From NCBI GenBank assembly GCA_965240325.2, contig OZ251247.1:930001-994000 (forward strand): DNA of 64,000 nt. The letters run 5' to 3'. The notes under the pieces are model-generated. The model was given only the letters and a program-made list of their open reading frames with translations, searched no databases and was not told the origin of the DNA. Position numbers and translations under genes: made by a program. Source of the DNA: Rebecca billardiae RCC1528. Its lineage: Eukaryota > Protista > Haptophyta. Position 1 is the first letter of the stretch. Each line of letters starts with the position of its first letter. Positions 12,886 to 23,247 of this stretch are shown here, piece by piece.

Positions 12886-14600
12886 ATGGCACGAGGGGCC
12901 GGTCGGGGCGGCGGGCCGCACGATGGGGTTCGGGCGCACCGCGCCGCCCTGGCGCTGTGCGTGCTCGCGCCGCCCGTGCTGACCGCCGAGCCGCCGCGCG
13001 CGCGCGGCGACGTCGCGGGCGTCCCGGACGTCGGCGTCACGCCCTCGCCGTGCGCGGTGCTGTGGCGCGCCAAGCAGGCGCGCGCGCCGCGCGCGCCGCT
13101 CGGCTCTGTCGCTGCTGCACGGCGAGCACGAGCTGCACGCGGGGGCGAAGCAGTCGGTGTTCGACTTGTTCGAGCCCGAGTGGGCGTGCGAGTCGGAGGA
13201 GCGCCTCGGCGGCCCCGTCTTCCCCCAGCTCGACCCGCCGTACCTCGCGTACGGCGACGGCCCCAAGTGTGTGTGCGCCGTGGACAGGCTGCCCGCGCCC
13301 TGCCTGGTGTACAGCGTGGGCAGCGACGACGACTGGACGTTCGAGGCGGCGGTGCGCAGCCGCACGCCGTGCGAGGTGCACACGTTCGACAGCACGCTCG
13401 CGCGCCGCGGGCTCAGCTTCAGCGGCGCCGCCGTCGCCGCCTTCCACCCGCTCGGGCTGAGCGACCGCGACGGCGCAGACGCGGAGGAGGCGGCGGAGGC
13501 GCGCCGGGCAGAGGCGCGCGCGGCCGCGGCGGCGGCGGCGCGGGCGGGTGACGGTGGCGGTGGTGGTGGCAGCGGCAGCAGTGCTGCGCGGCCCGCCTCC
13601 GCCGGCGCCGCGCCCGCCGCGCCAGCGGGCGCGCGGCGCGGCCTAGAGCCCGGAGTGGCCGAGGCGGAGGGCGGGCCTATGCGCACGCTGCAGTCGATGA
13701 TGCGCGCGCTCGGGCACAGCGGCCGCGTGCTCGACGTGCTCAAGGTGGACTGCGAGGGGTGCGAGTGGCGCGCGCTGCCGCCCGTGCTGCGCGCCATCCG
13801 CGACGGCCGACTGCGCGTCGGCCAGCTGCTCGTGGAGCTGCACATGCAGTGGGAGGCGGGCATCTACGGCCGCCCCAAGTACGCGCGCGCGCTGCCCAAC
13901 GCGAGCGCGCTCTGGCGCGGGGCGGACGGCGCGCGGCTGCGCGCGTTCCACAAGGAGCGCAACGGCTGGGGCTGCGGCGGCTGGCGCTGCGCCGAGTACG
14001 CCTACGCGCGCCATATCGTCGCTGGCGCGGCGCGTGGGCCACGTGCGCGCGCATCGCCGTCACCACCGCCTCGAGCACGCCCGCGCGCGGCGGCGCGCGC
14101 GCGCTCGGCGGCGCACCGCCCAGCAGCGCGCAGCGCGGCCGCGCGCGCGCCAGGGCGGCGAGCGCCTCGGCGGCGCGGGCGGCCTCCGCCGCTGCGCTCC
14201 ATGGGGTTCGGGCGCACCGCGCCGCCCTGGCGCTGTGCGTGCTCGCGCCGCCCGTGCTGACCGCCGAGCCGCCGCGCGCGCGCGGCGACGTCGCGGGTGG
14301 CCTGGACGTCGGCGTCACGCCCTCGCCGTGCGCGGTGCTGTGGCGCGCCAAGCAGGCGCGCGCGGCGCGCGCGCGCCGCGCGCGCCGCTCGGCTCGCAAC
14401 GGCTGGGGCTGCGGCGGCTGGCGCTGCGCCGAGTACGCCTTTGTGCACGAGGCGCACGCGTGCAGGGCGTTCGTCTCCACGCACTGCCCGGGGCGCCGCG
14501 CTGAGGCGGAGGTGTGCGGCGGCGCCGGCGCCGCCGCCGCGCGCCGATCTGCTCGACGACGTGCGTCCGCCGCTACTCCGCCTGCAAGATTGCTCTGATG
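12886..14600 (+). pseudogene. Methyltransf_22/METTL24-like SAM-dependent methyltransferase, internally rearranged
   Basis: The frame at 13157-14003 has FDLFEPEWAC, GDGPKCVC, CLVYSVGSDDDWTFE, CEVHTFD, LDVLKVDCEGCEW and QLLVELH. The C-terminus (CAEYAFVHEAHAC) is displaced to 14398-14500 by an insertion of duplicated 5' sequence. Confidence 0.75.
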
Positions 14601-15284
14601 GGCGGCCTAGTAGTAGTGCCCCGCCGTGAGTCCGCGGCACGGCCGTGGCCGCCCTGGTGCCCGTACCCGTGCTGAGTAGTAGATAAGTCCCGCGCGGCGC
14701 ACGCGCGCGTCGTAACGGTCATGATGTCGCGTCTTCGCGCGGGCCAAATCACGGGCTGCGTGAATCAGTGGCGGTTCGAGCGAGCAGCTAATGAGCAGCC
14801 AGTAGTCGCGTCGTCGTAGTTGCTGCTGCGCCGCGGCTTGACGATAACAACACGCGACGCGCGCCATATCGTCGCTGGCGCGCAGTGTTCGCAGCGGCGA
14901 CCTTGTTGACGATGCGACTGCGACTACGATATATATATTGTGCGCGGCATCGTCAGCACTCCCGACCGATGTTCAAAACAACGCGCGGTCGAAGACGCTG
15001 CACGAGAAGCGCGCGCGACCTGGCCAGCGTGTGCGGACGACGTCCCGCGGCCGGGCGAGGCGCCTCGGAGTTAGTACTGCAGTACATACCATAGCGTCGT
15101 GCGCCACTGCCGTGGCGACCCACCATCGGGCGCTCATGCTCGTCGGCCTACGAGCCGCCTCCGGCCACGAGGGTCGCCGCCGCGGCCCGCGAGACGGTAA
15201 CGCCCTGCTGCTCACTGCGCGCACAAACTAGCGTACATCGCACCGCAATATGGGGGTATGTATCGGCCACAACCGCCCGACCCG

Positions 15285-15575
15285 CCGCCCGCCTCGTCCC
15301 GCCCGCCCCGTCCCGTGCGCCCGCGCGTGCCGCGTGCGCGCAGCCCGCTTGCAGACGAGCCGCCGTCACCGCGGCGATGCGCGTGGCGCGACACGGCCGG
15401 GCTGCTGCTGGGGCTGCGCGCCCGGCGCGACGCGGCTGCCTGCCGAGCCGATCGCAGCGCCGCGCCTCGCCGCCTCCGCGGCGGGTGGCGGCGGCGGCGG
15501 CGGTGGCGCGTGCGCGCCGCCCGCGCCCGCGCGCGTGTTCGCCGAGGGCGCACAGGACGCCGAGTACGGGCGGTC
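15285..15575 (+). pseudogene. Second displaced fragment of the last exon of the glycan gene
   Basis: Paralogous to 5470-5762 and to about 28893-29190. Confidence 0.7.
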
Positions 15576-15966
15576 GCCCTCAACATTGTACTGCCTCTCA
15601 TAGAGCGGATCGTCAGACCGTTAAAAACTGCCGGATGCCATTAATATTACCCCAATACTACTATCTCGCCTGCCTGAGCTGTGTGCGACTGTGCGTCTCT
15701 TATTCTTAGTAAACTTTATGCAAATGGGTGGAGTACCTGTCTGGTACTCATAATACTCACTGGGGAATCGCACCTGCTTATGAAAACTGGCAACCGATTT
15801 GGGCGCCAGAATATGATGTCATTGTTGCGTCCCAGACGCCCAAGGCTTCTCACAAAGTCATCAATGAACGCGCTCGAGCCTCGAACGAGCTCGTGGCCGA
15901 TCGCAGGCTCATCATTTGCCAGGGGCCGCCGCCATCAATCACGCGCGCTCCCCCTTACGCCCGAGC

Positions 15967-18900
15967 ATGTGGCTCTTCTGCGGCAAGAACCCCTGCGGCA
16001 CGCAAGCCGGCGTGCGCTCCAGTGACGAGGAGGAGCGTGGCGACGACGGCGCGCCCGAGGCACCGCCAGATGCCCGCGCCACGCTCGTCCAAGATGGCGC
16101 CGAGCCGAGCGACGCGGCCGCGGGCGGCGACGACGGCGCGCGGCGGGGGGTGCGCGAGCGGCTCGCGGGCTGGGGCGCGGGGCGGTGGCTGCTCGTCGTC
16201 GGCGCCGCGTGCGGCACTGTCCTCCTCACCAGCGCAGCGTACCACTGGCGGCACCACATCAAGGGCTCGCTCAGCCTGCTGCAGCAGCGAGGGACGGCGG
16301 ACGTGCCCGAGGATGCGCGCTGCCTCGGGCGCGTGGGGCGGCAGGACGGGCAGTGGCTCATGGCGCCGGGCTCGACGGTCGAGCACGCTGCGCGCTGGGC
16401 CTTTGTGTTGGACGCGTCCATCCTCGTCCTCGCCGTCGCCGCGCTGCTGCTGCTGCGCGCGTGGAAGAGCCCGGATGCGGCCGCGTCCACAGCGAAGAGC
16501 CTCTTCTCCGCGGCCATGTCCGCGTTCGACCTGTTCACAGACGCGCTGCTGGCGTCGCAGTGGTGGCGGTGCGCGCACCGGCTGTGGGCGGGCCTCGCCT
16601 TCGTCTTCACCGCCGCGGGCGCGCTGCCCACGCTCCAAGTCGCGCGCGCCGCGGCAGAGGTGGCCGAGCTCGCCGCGGAAGAGGTGGCCGCGGAGCCACC
16701 CGATGCTGAGGTGGAGTATCACCGCAAAGAGGCGGAAGGGAAGCTGCGCGACGCGAAGGCGCTCGAGGCGACGGTGGAGAGCGCGCCGCAGACGTACCTG
16801 CAGGGGTACGCGATGCTGCGCATCGGCGCCGCGCACGCCACGCCGCTGGCGCTTGCCTCGCTGCTCTTCTCCGCCTCGATGATTGGCCACCACACGTACG
16901 TGTACACCACCAGCAGCGTGGCTGTTGATGCTGCTGGTCGGCCCGCCGTGCAGTGGTGGAGCGTGACCGTGCCCGTGGTCGGCTGGGCGGTGGGTTTGGA
17001 CGACCTGGCGTGCCGCGTGGGCACGGTAGCGTCCGTGCTGTGCCGCGCGCTGACGCACGGCCTCTTCGCCTGCGCGTTCCACAGCTGGCTGCTGGCGGCG
17101 CTCGCTGCGGCGGCGCTCGCGCTGGTCGCCTCCGTGCGCTACAGCGGCCACGTCGAGGTCATGGGTGCACTCGAGCGCGGAGGGCAGCTGGCGGCCTGGC
17201 GGAGCGCGGCGTGGGAGGCGGGCATCGTGTACGCCGCCGTCGGCATGGTCGACCTGAGCTCGGCGGGGTGGCTCGCGCGCACGGCGCCCACCCACATCCT
17301 GCTCGGCTGCGCGGAGGCAGCGCTGGCGGGGGCCGCGCTGCGCTGGCCGTCCGTGTGGCGCGAGGCGCAGAGCGCGCCGGCGCTCGCGGCACTCGCGTGG
17401 GCGTGGGGCTGCGCGTGGGTGGTGCACAAGGCCGTCGTCGTGCGCTTGCTGCAGCTCAAGGCAGATCCAGTGTTCGTCGACCTCAGGTGTGCGCGCGCGC
17501 GCGTGGCGACGACGCGGCGCCTGCCGCGGCGGGCTCGGGCGCGCGCGCGGCGGCGGGCGGGCGGCGCGGCAGTGGGGCGCTGTGCCAGCGGCGCGTGCGG
17601 CGCGCTCGCGCGTGCTCGGGCGGGCACGCATCGCGCACGTGCGCTTGACACCCACTCACGCCCCCGCCGCGCGCCCGCCCCTCCCGCCGCGCCTCCCGCA
17701 GTGACAACCAGATCGGCGACGCTGGCGCCACTGCCATCGCGGACGCCGTGCGCCACAGCCGCTCCCTGCAGACGCTTGTCCTCGGGTACGTGTGCACGCG
17801 CGCGGGGGCGGGGGCGGGGGTGGCGCGGAGGGCCGGGGGTGGGTGAGCGGGCGCCAGCCGGAGCATGTGGTGCTGCGGACGCACGTCGAGCGCGGCGCGC
17901 CGCGCGCGCGCGCGCCGCGCGCCCTCGCGCGGTGATGTCCGAGCGTGCGCCGCGCGCGCGGCCCGTCGGCGGGCTCGGGCGCGCGCGCGGCGGCGGGCGC
18001 GCGCGCGGCGGCGGGCGGGTGGCGCGGCCGCGGGGCGCTGTGGCAGCGGCGCGTGCGGCGCGCTCGCGCGTGCTCGGGCGAGCACGCATCGCGCGCGCGC
18101 GCTCGACACCCACTCACGCCCGCGCCGCGCACCCGCCCCTCCCACCGCGCCTCCCGCAGTGACAACCAGATCGGCGACGCTGGCGCCACTGCCATCGCGG
18201 ACGCCGTGCGCCACAGCCGCTCGCTGCAGACGCTCTGGCTCGAGTACGTGTGCACGCGCGCGGGGCCGGGCGCGGGGGTGGCGCGGAGGGGCGGGGGTGG
18301 GTGGGCGGGCGCCAGCCGGGGCATGTGCTGCGGGCGCACGTCGAGTGCGGCGCGCCACGCGCGCGCGCGCCGCGCGCCCTCGCGCGGTGATGTCCGAGCG
18401 TGCGCCGCGCGCGCGGCCGCGTCGGCGGGCTCGGGCGCGCGCGCGGCGGCGGGCGGGCGGCGCGGCCGCGGGGCGCTGTGGCAGCGGCACGGGCGGCGCG
18501 CTGGCGCGTGCACGGGTGGGCATGCGCCGCGCGCGCGCGCCCCACACCCACTCACGCCCCCACCGCGCGCCCGCCCCTTCCGCCGCGCCTCCCGCAGTTC
18601 CAACGCGATCGGCGACGCTGGCGCCACCGCCATCGCGGACGCAGTGCGCCACAGCCGCTCCCTGCAGTGGCTCCGCCTCAGGTACGTGTGCACGCGCGCG
18701 GGGGCGGGCGCGGGGGTGGCGCGGAGGGGCGGGGCTGGGTGGGCGGGCGCCAGCCGGGGCATGCGCTGTGGACGCACGTCGAGCGCGGCGCGCCGCGCGC
18801 GCGCGCGCCGCGCGCCCTCGCGCGGTGATGTCCGAGCGTGCGCCGCGCGCGCGGCCGCGTCGGCGGGCTCGGGCGCGCGCGCGGCGGCGGGCGGGCGGCG

Positions 18901-20877
18901 CGGCCGCGGGGCGCTGTGGCAGCGGCGCGTGCGACGTGCTCGCGCGTGCTCGGGCGAGCACGCGCCGCACGCGCGCGCCCGACACCCACTCACGCCCGCG
19001 CGGCGCGCCCGCCCCTCCCGCCGCGCCTCCCGCAGTGACAACCAGATCGGCGACGCTGGCGCCACTGCCATCGCGGACGCCGTGCGCCACAGCCGCTCGC
19101 TGCAGGAGCTCTGGCTCGAGTACGTGTGCACGCGCGCGGGGGCGGGCGCGGGGGTGGCGCGGAGGGGCGGGGGTGGGTGGGCGGGCGCCAGCCGGGGCAT
19201 GCGCTGTGGACGCACGTCGAGCGCGGCGCGCCGCGCGCGCGCGCGCCGCGCGCCCTCGCGCGGTGATGTCCGAGCGTGCGCCGCGCGCGCGGCCGCGTCG
19301 GCGGGCTCGGGCGCGCGCGCTGCGACGCGCGGGCGGCGCGGCCGCGGGGCGCTGTGGCAGCGGCGCGTGCGGCTTGCTCGCGCGTGCTCGGGCGGGCACG
19401 CGCCGCGCGCGCGCGCTCGACACCCACTCACGCCCGCGCGGCGCGCCCGCCCCTCCCGCCGCGCCTCCCGCAGTACCAACCAGATCGGCGACGCTGGCGC
19501 CACTGCCATCGCGGACGCAGTGCGCCACAGCCGCTCCCTGCAGGGGCTTGACCTCCGGTACGTGTGCACGCGCGCGGGGGCGGGGGCGGGGGTGGCGCGG
19601 AGGGGCGGAACTGGGTGGGCGGGCGCCAGCCGGGGCATGCGCTGTGGAAGCATGTCGAGTGCGGCGCGCCGCGCGCGCGCGCGCCGCGCGCCATCGGGCG
19701 GGCGGTGATGTCCGAGCGCGCGCCGCGCGCGCGGCCGCGTCGGCGGGCTCGGGCGCGCGCGCTGCGGCGGGCGGGCGGCGCGGCCGCGGGGCGCTGTGGC
19801 AGCGGCGCGTGCGGCGCGCGTGCACGGGCGGGCACGCATCGCACGTGCGCGCTCGACACCCACTCACGCCCGCGCCGCGCGCCCGCCCCTCCCGCCGCGC
19901 CTCCCGCAGTCGCAACCAGATCGGCGACGCTGGCGCCACCGCCATCGCGGACGCCGTGCGCCACAGCCGCTCCCTGCAGGAGCTCTGGCTCAAGTACGTG
20001 TGCACGCGCGCGGGGGCGGGGGCGGGGGTGGCGCGGAGGGGCGGGGGTGGGTGAGCGGGTGCCAGCTGGGGCATGCGCTGCAGAAGCATGTCGAGTGCGG
20101 CGCGCCGCGCGCGCGCGCGCCGCGCGCCCTCGCGCGGTGATGTCCGAGCGTGCGCCGCGCGCGCGGCCGCGTCGGCGGGCTCGGGCGCGCGCGCGGCGGC
20201 GGGCGGGCGGCGCGGCCGCGGGGCGCTGTGGCAGCGGCGCGTGCGGCGCGCTCGCGCGTGCTCGGGCGGGCACGCGCCGCGCGCGCGCGCCCTACACCCA
20301 CTCACACTCGCGCGGCGCGCCCGCCCCTCCCGCCGCGCCTCCCGCAGTTCCAACCAGATCGGCGACGCTGGCGCCACTGCCATCGCGGACGCCGTGCGCC
20401 ACAGCCGCTCCCTGCAGACGCTTGGCCTCGGGTACGTGTGCACGCGCGCGGGGGCCGGGGCGGGGCTGGCGTGGAGAGGCGGGGGTGGGTGGGTGGGCGC
20501 CAGCCGGGGCATGCGCTGCGGACGCACGTCGAGCGCGGCGCGCAGCGCGCGCGCGCGCCGCGCGCCCTCGCGCGGTGATGTCCGAGCGTGCGCCGCGCGC
20601 GCGGCCGCGTCGGCGGGCTCGGGCGCGCGCGCGGCGGCGGGCGGGCGGCGCGGCCGCGGGGCGCTGTGGCAGCGGCGCGTGCGGCTTGCTCGCGCGTGCA
20701 CGGGCGGGCACGCTGCGCGCGCCGCGCTCTGCCCTTGCTCACGCTCCCGCCGCGCGCCCGACACCCGTACCCCGACCGCTCGCCTCCCGCAGTTCCAATG
20801 ACCTCAGCGAGGCGGGCGAGAAGGCGGTGCGCGAGGCGTGGGAGCAGAGCGGCAAGGAGTACGGGCTGGATGTGTGA
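15967..20877 (+). CDS. XK/Xkr-like multipass membrane protein fused to a C-terminal RI-type LRR array, paralogue B (7 LRR cassette exons)
   Basis: Exons: 15967-17486, 17702-17785, 18160-18243, 18598-18681, 19036-19119, 19474-19557, 19910-19993, 20348-20431, 20793-20877 (TGA). Every internal exon is 84 nt, bounded by CCCGCAG|T and NN|GTACGT. The XK-like motifs are the same as in paralogue A. Confidence 0.85.
17487..20792 (+). repeat. Tandem intron-exon repeat, ~438-bp period (LRR cassette array B)
   Basis: Successive exon-start spacings are 458, 438, 438, 438, 436, 438 and 445 bp. Confidence 0.9.
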
Positions 20878-22434
20878 TGTGCACCTCCGCTGCTGCCGAG
20901 AGGCGATGGGTGGGGAGACTGCTTGCGTCGGCAGGGCGTGGGACGAGCACCGGCCCACCCGCGCTGCGCTGGCGCTGCTCGGGCAATGGCAGTGCATGCA
21001 GTCGTCGGTGATGCGGGCACCGCGCGGCGCCGTGGGCGGCGCCGCGCAACTGACGAGCGCTCGCGCGCCGCACGGCGGCAGTGACGACGGCCGTCATCGT
21101 TCGAGAGCGGCGGGCGTAGACGGCGCGGGCGCAGGTCGGCGCGCACAAGTGGAGGCGTCGTTTTCCATTCGATCGGCGTGGCGCCGTGCGCAGTGCTCGC
21201 CTCCGGCTTCCGACTCGACTCGACTCGGCCCAGCGCGCCGCGGGCTCTGCCGGCGCCGCGGTGCGGCACGCGGTATTGGCCGAGCTCGCGCGCCGCACGG
21301 CTACGGTGACGACGGGCTCGGCGGAAAGCGGGTGTCGTCAGCGTTGGCGAAGCTCTGCGCGCGCACGGGTGGAGGCGTTTCGACCAGGTCACATGGCGTG
21401 GAGCCGTGCTCGCTCGCCGGCTTCTGACTCGACTTGGTCCGGGCGCTCAGTCAGCTAGCTAGCAGCACTGCGTGCGCGTGGTCCCGCAGAAGAGGCCACG
21501 CGTGGCGACGCCGCAGCTGCGCAGTGCTGATGTGAGGAGTAGTCATCGCAGCGACGAAGCAGCCCAGCAGTGCCGCCCCGCTTCGAATCGGCTTCGATCT
21601 CGCTCGGAGCTGATCGACACCCGGACGATTGGCACGATCGCGGACCTGTCGTCAGCGTGGTGCGCCGGGCACCACTAGCTGGTGCCGTTCGAAACAGTGC
21701 ACGACGGCGCACTACGCAAGCAGCTAGTAAGATGGCGCGGCCGAGCAAGCCGTGTGCATGCAGCTACAGCCTACAGGATCGCGCAGTGCGGGCGCGCGCC
21801 GCACCACCACTGCTGACCGCACCGCGACGCCACGCGGCCCCGAGCCGAGCTCGTCGTCAGCGTGACGCCGCACGGCAGCGCCCACAGAATCCGCCAGCTC
21901 GTCAGGGGCGAGGCGAGCGCCGTCGATTCGCGCCGCGGCACCGAGCTCAGCTGCTCCCGCTGCAGCCGCCGCCGCCGTAAGACTTCACTAGTGCGACGTC
22001 TCGTCCAACGACGTGCTGCGCGAGCTGCACCCTGAAATCGGAGGGTCGGCCGCCGGCGCGCCATGCTCGCGCGCCTCCCAGCACAGTGAGGATCTGCATC
22101 GCAGTGGGTCAGCGTGTGCGAAGTGCTGTGCACGTCCACGCGCATGGTGCCACACGACACGACGCTCAATCATCGTCAAGGACAGCCAGCCGCCGCGAGT
22201 AACGCCGCCATCGTTGCTCGGCGGCGGAGAAGAGTACCAGACAGACGTGTGTCCTCTGGTTTTGATGACGATGCTGATCGAAATAAAAGCCGCCCGGGCG
22301 CCGCATCCAAAGGGCCGGAGCCACGGGTTGAAATTGCATGATGATTTACATCAAGTGCGGCATCTCCGCCGCCGCCGCAGGAGCCAGGACGCAGCGATCC
22401 GGTGTGACGGTGGCCCACACGCGACGAATCGACG

Positions 22435-23211
22435 ATGGCCGTCATCACCAGCATCAGCTCGGGGGCGGTGGGCGCCGCTGCGCCCACCGCGCGCCCGCAC
22501 GCGCGTGCGTGGCGGGGGACGCCGTGGCGAGGGACGCCTCGCAGGGGCGACGTCGGCCCGCGCCCCGCGCCGTGCGCCGCCTCGGCGCCCGCGCGTCGCC
22601 CTGTGGCTGTGGCAGCGCGTGCGCGGCTGCTGCTGCTGCCGCTGCTGCTCGGCGGCGCGACGGGCGCGGCGGCGGCGGCGGCGGCCGCAGCGCCGCCACC
22701 GACGGGGGCGGCGGGGGCGGACGCGCTGCTGCTCGACGACGTGCACGCGGGCGACTTTGTGCTCGGCGCCCCCGCCAGCCTCGCCACCGCACCGCCGCCG
22801 CCGGCCCCGTCCGCGCGCTGCCTCGCCGCGGTGGCAGCGATGCCGCGCGCGCCCGCCGCCGACGGCGGCGGCCCCGGCGCCGGCGGCGAAGGGGCGGGGC
22901 GCGCGCGCCCCGCGCCGCTGCTCCCGCCCGAGTGCGCGTGGCAGGCGGCCGCGCTGTGGGCGTTCCCCGCCTCGGGGGTGGGCTGGGTGGGCGCGCTGCT
23001 GCAGAGGGCGGCGGGCTGGGCGGTGGGAGTGGCGCCGGGCGCGGGGAGGGGCGCGGGCGCGGCGGGGCGGCAGGGCGGGCGGACGCGCGGGTGCGAGCAC
23101 CGCGCGCTCGCCATCGTCGCCGAGTCCACCGCCACGCCGCACGCGGTGCTGCGCCACTGGGCGGGCGCCAACAGGGCGCGCGCGCTCACGCACGCGGCGC
23201 CGCGCGGGCTG

Positions 23212-23247
<36 letters not shown>

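Noticed and set aside
7863-20431. A canonical diversity-generating retroelement
   Set aside because: There is no reverse transcriptase or template repeat in the window, many adenines in the exon are invariant, and TGG variants break the rule.
17483-20764. Very long Arg/Ala-rich ORFs across the LRR array on both strands, such as the 1093-aa minus ORF and the 587-aa read-through ORF
   Set aside because: They arise from stop-poor GC-rich introns whose period is often a multiple of 3. The frame breaks in units of 458, 436 and 461 bp, whereas the spliced 84-nt exon model is consistent throughout.
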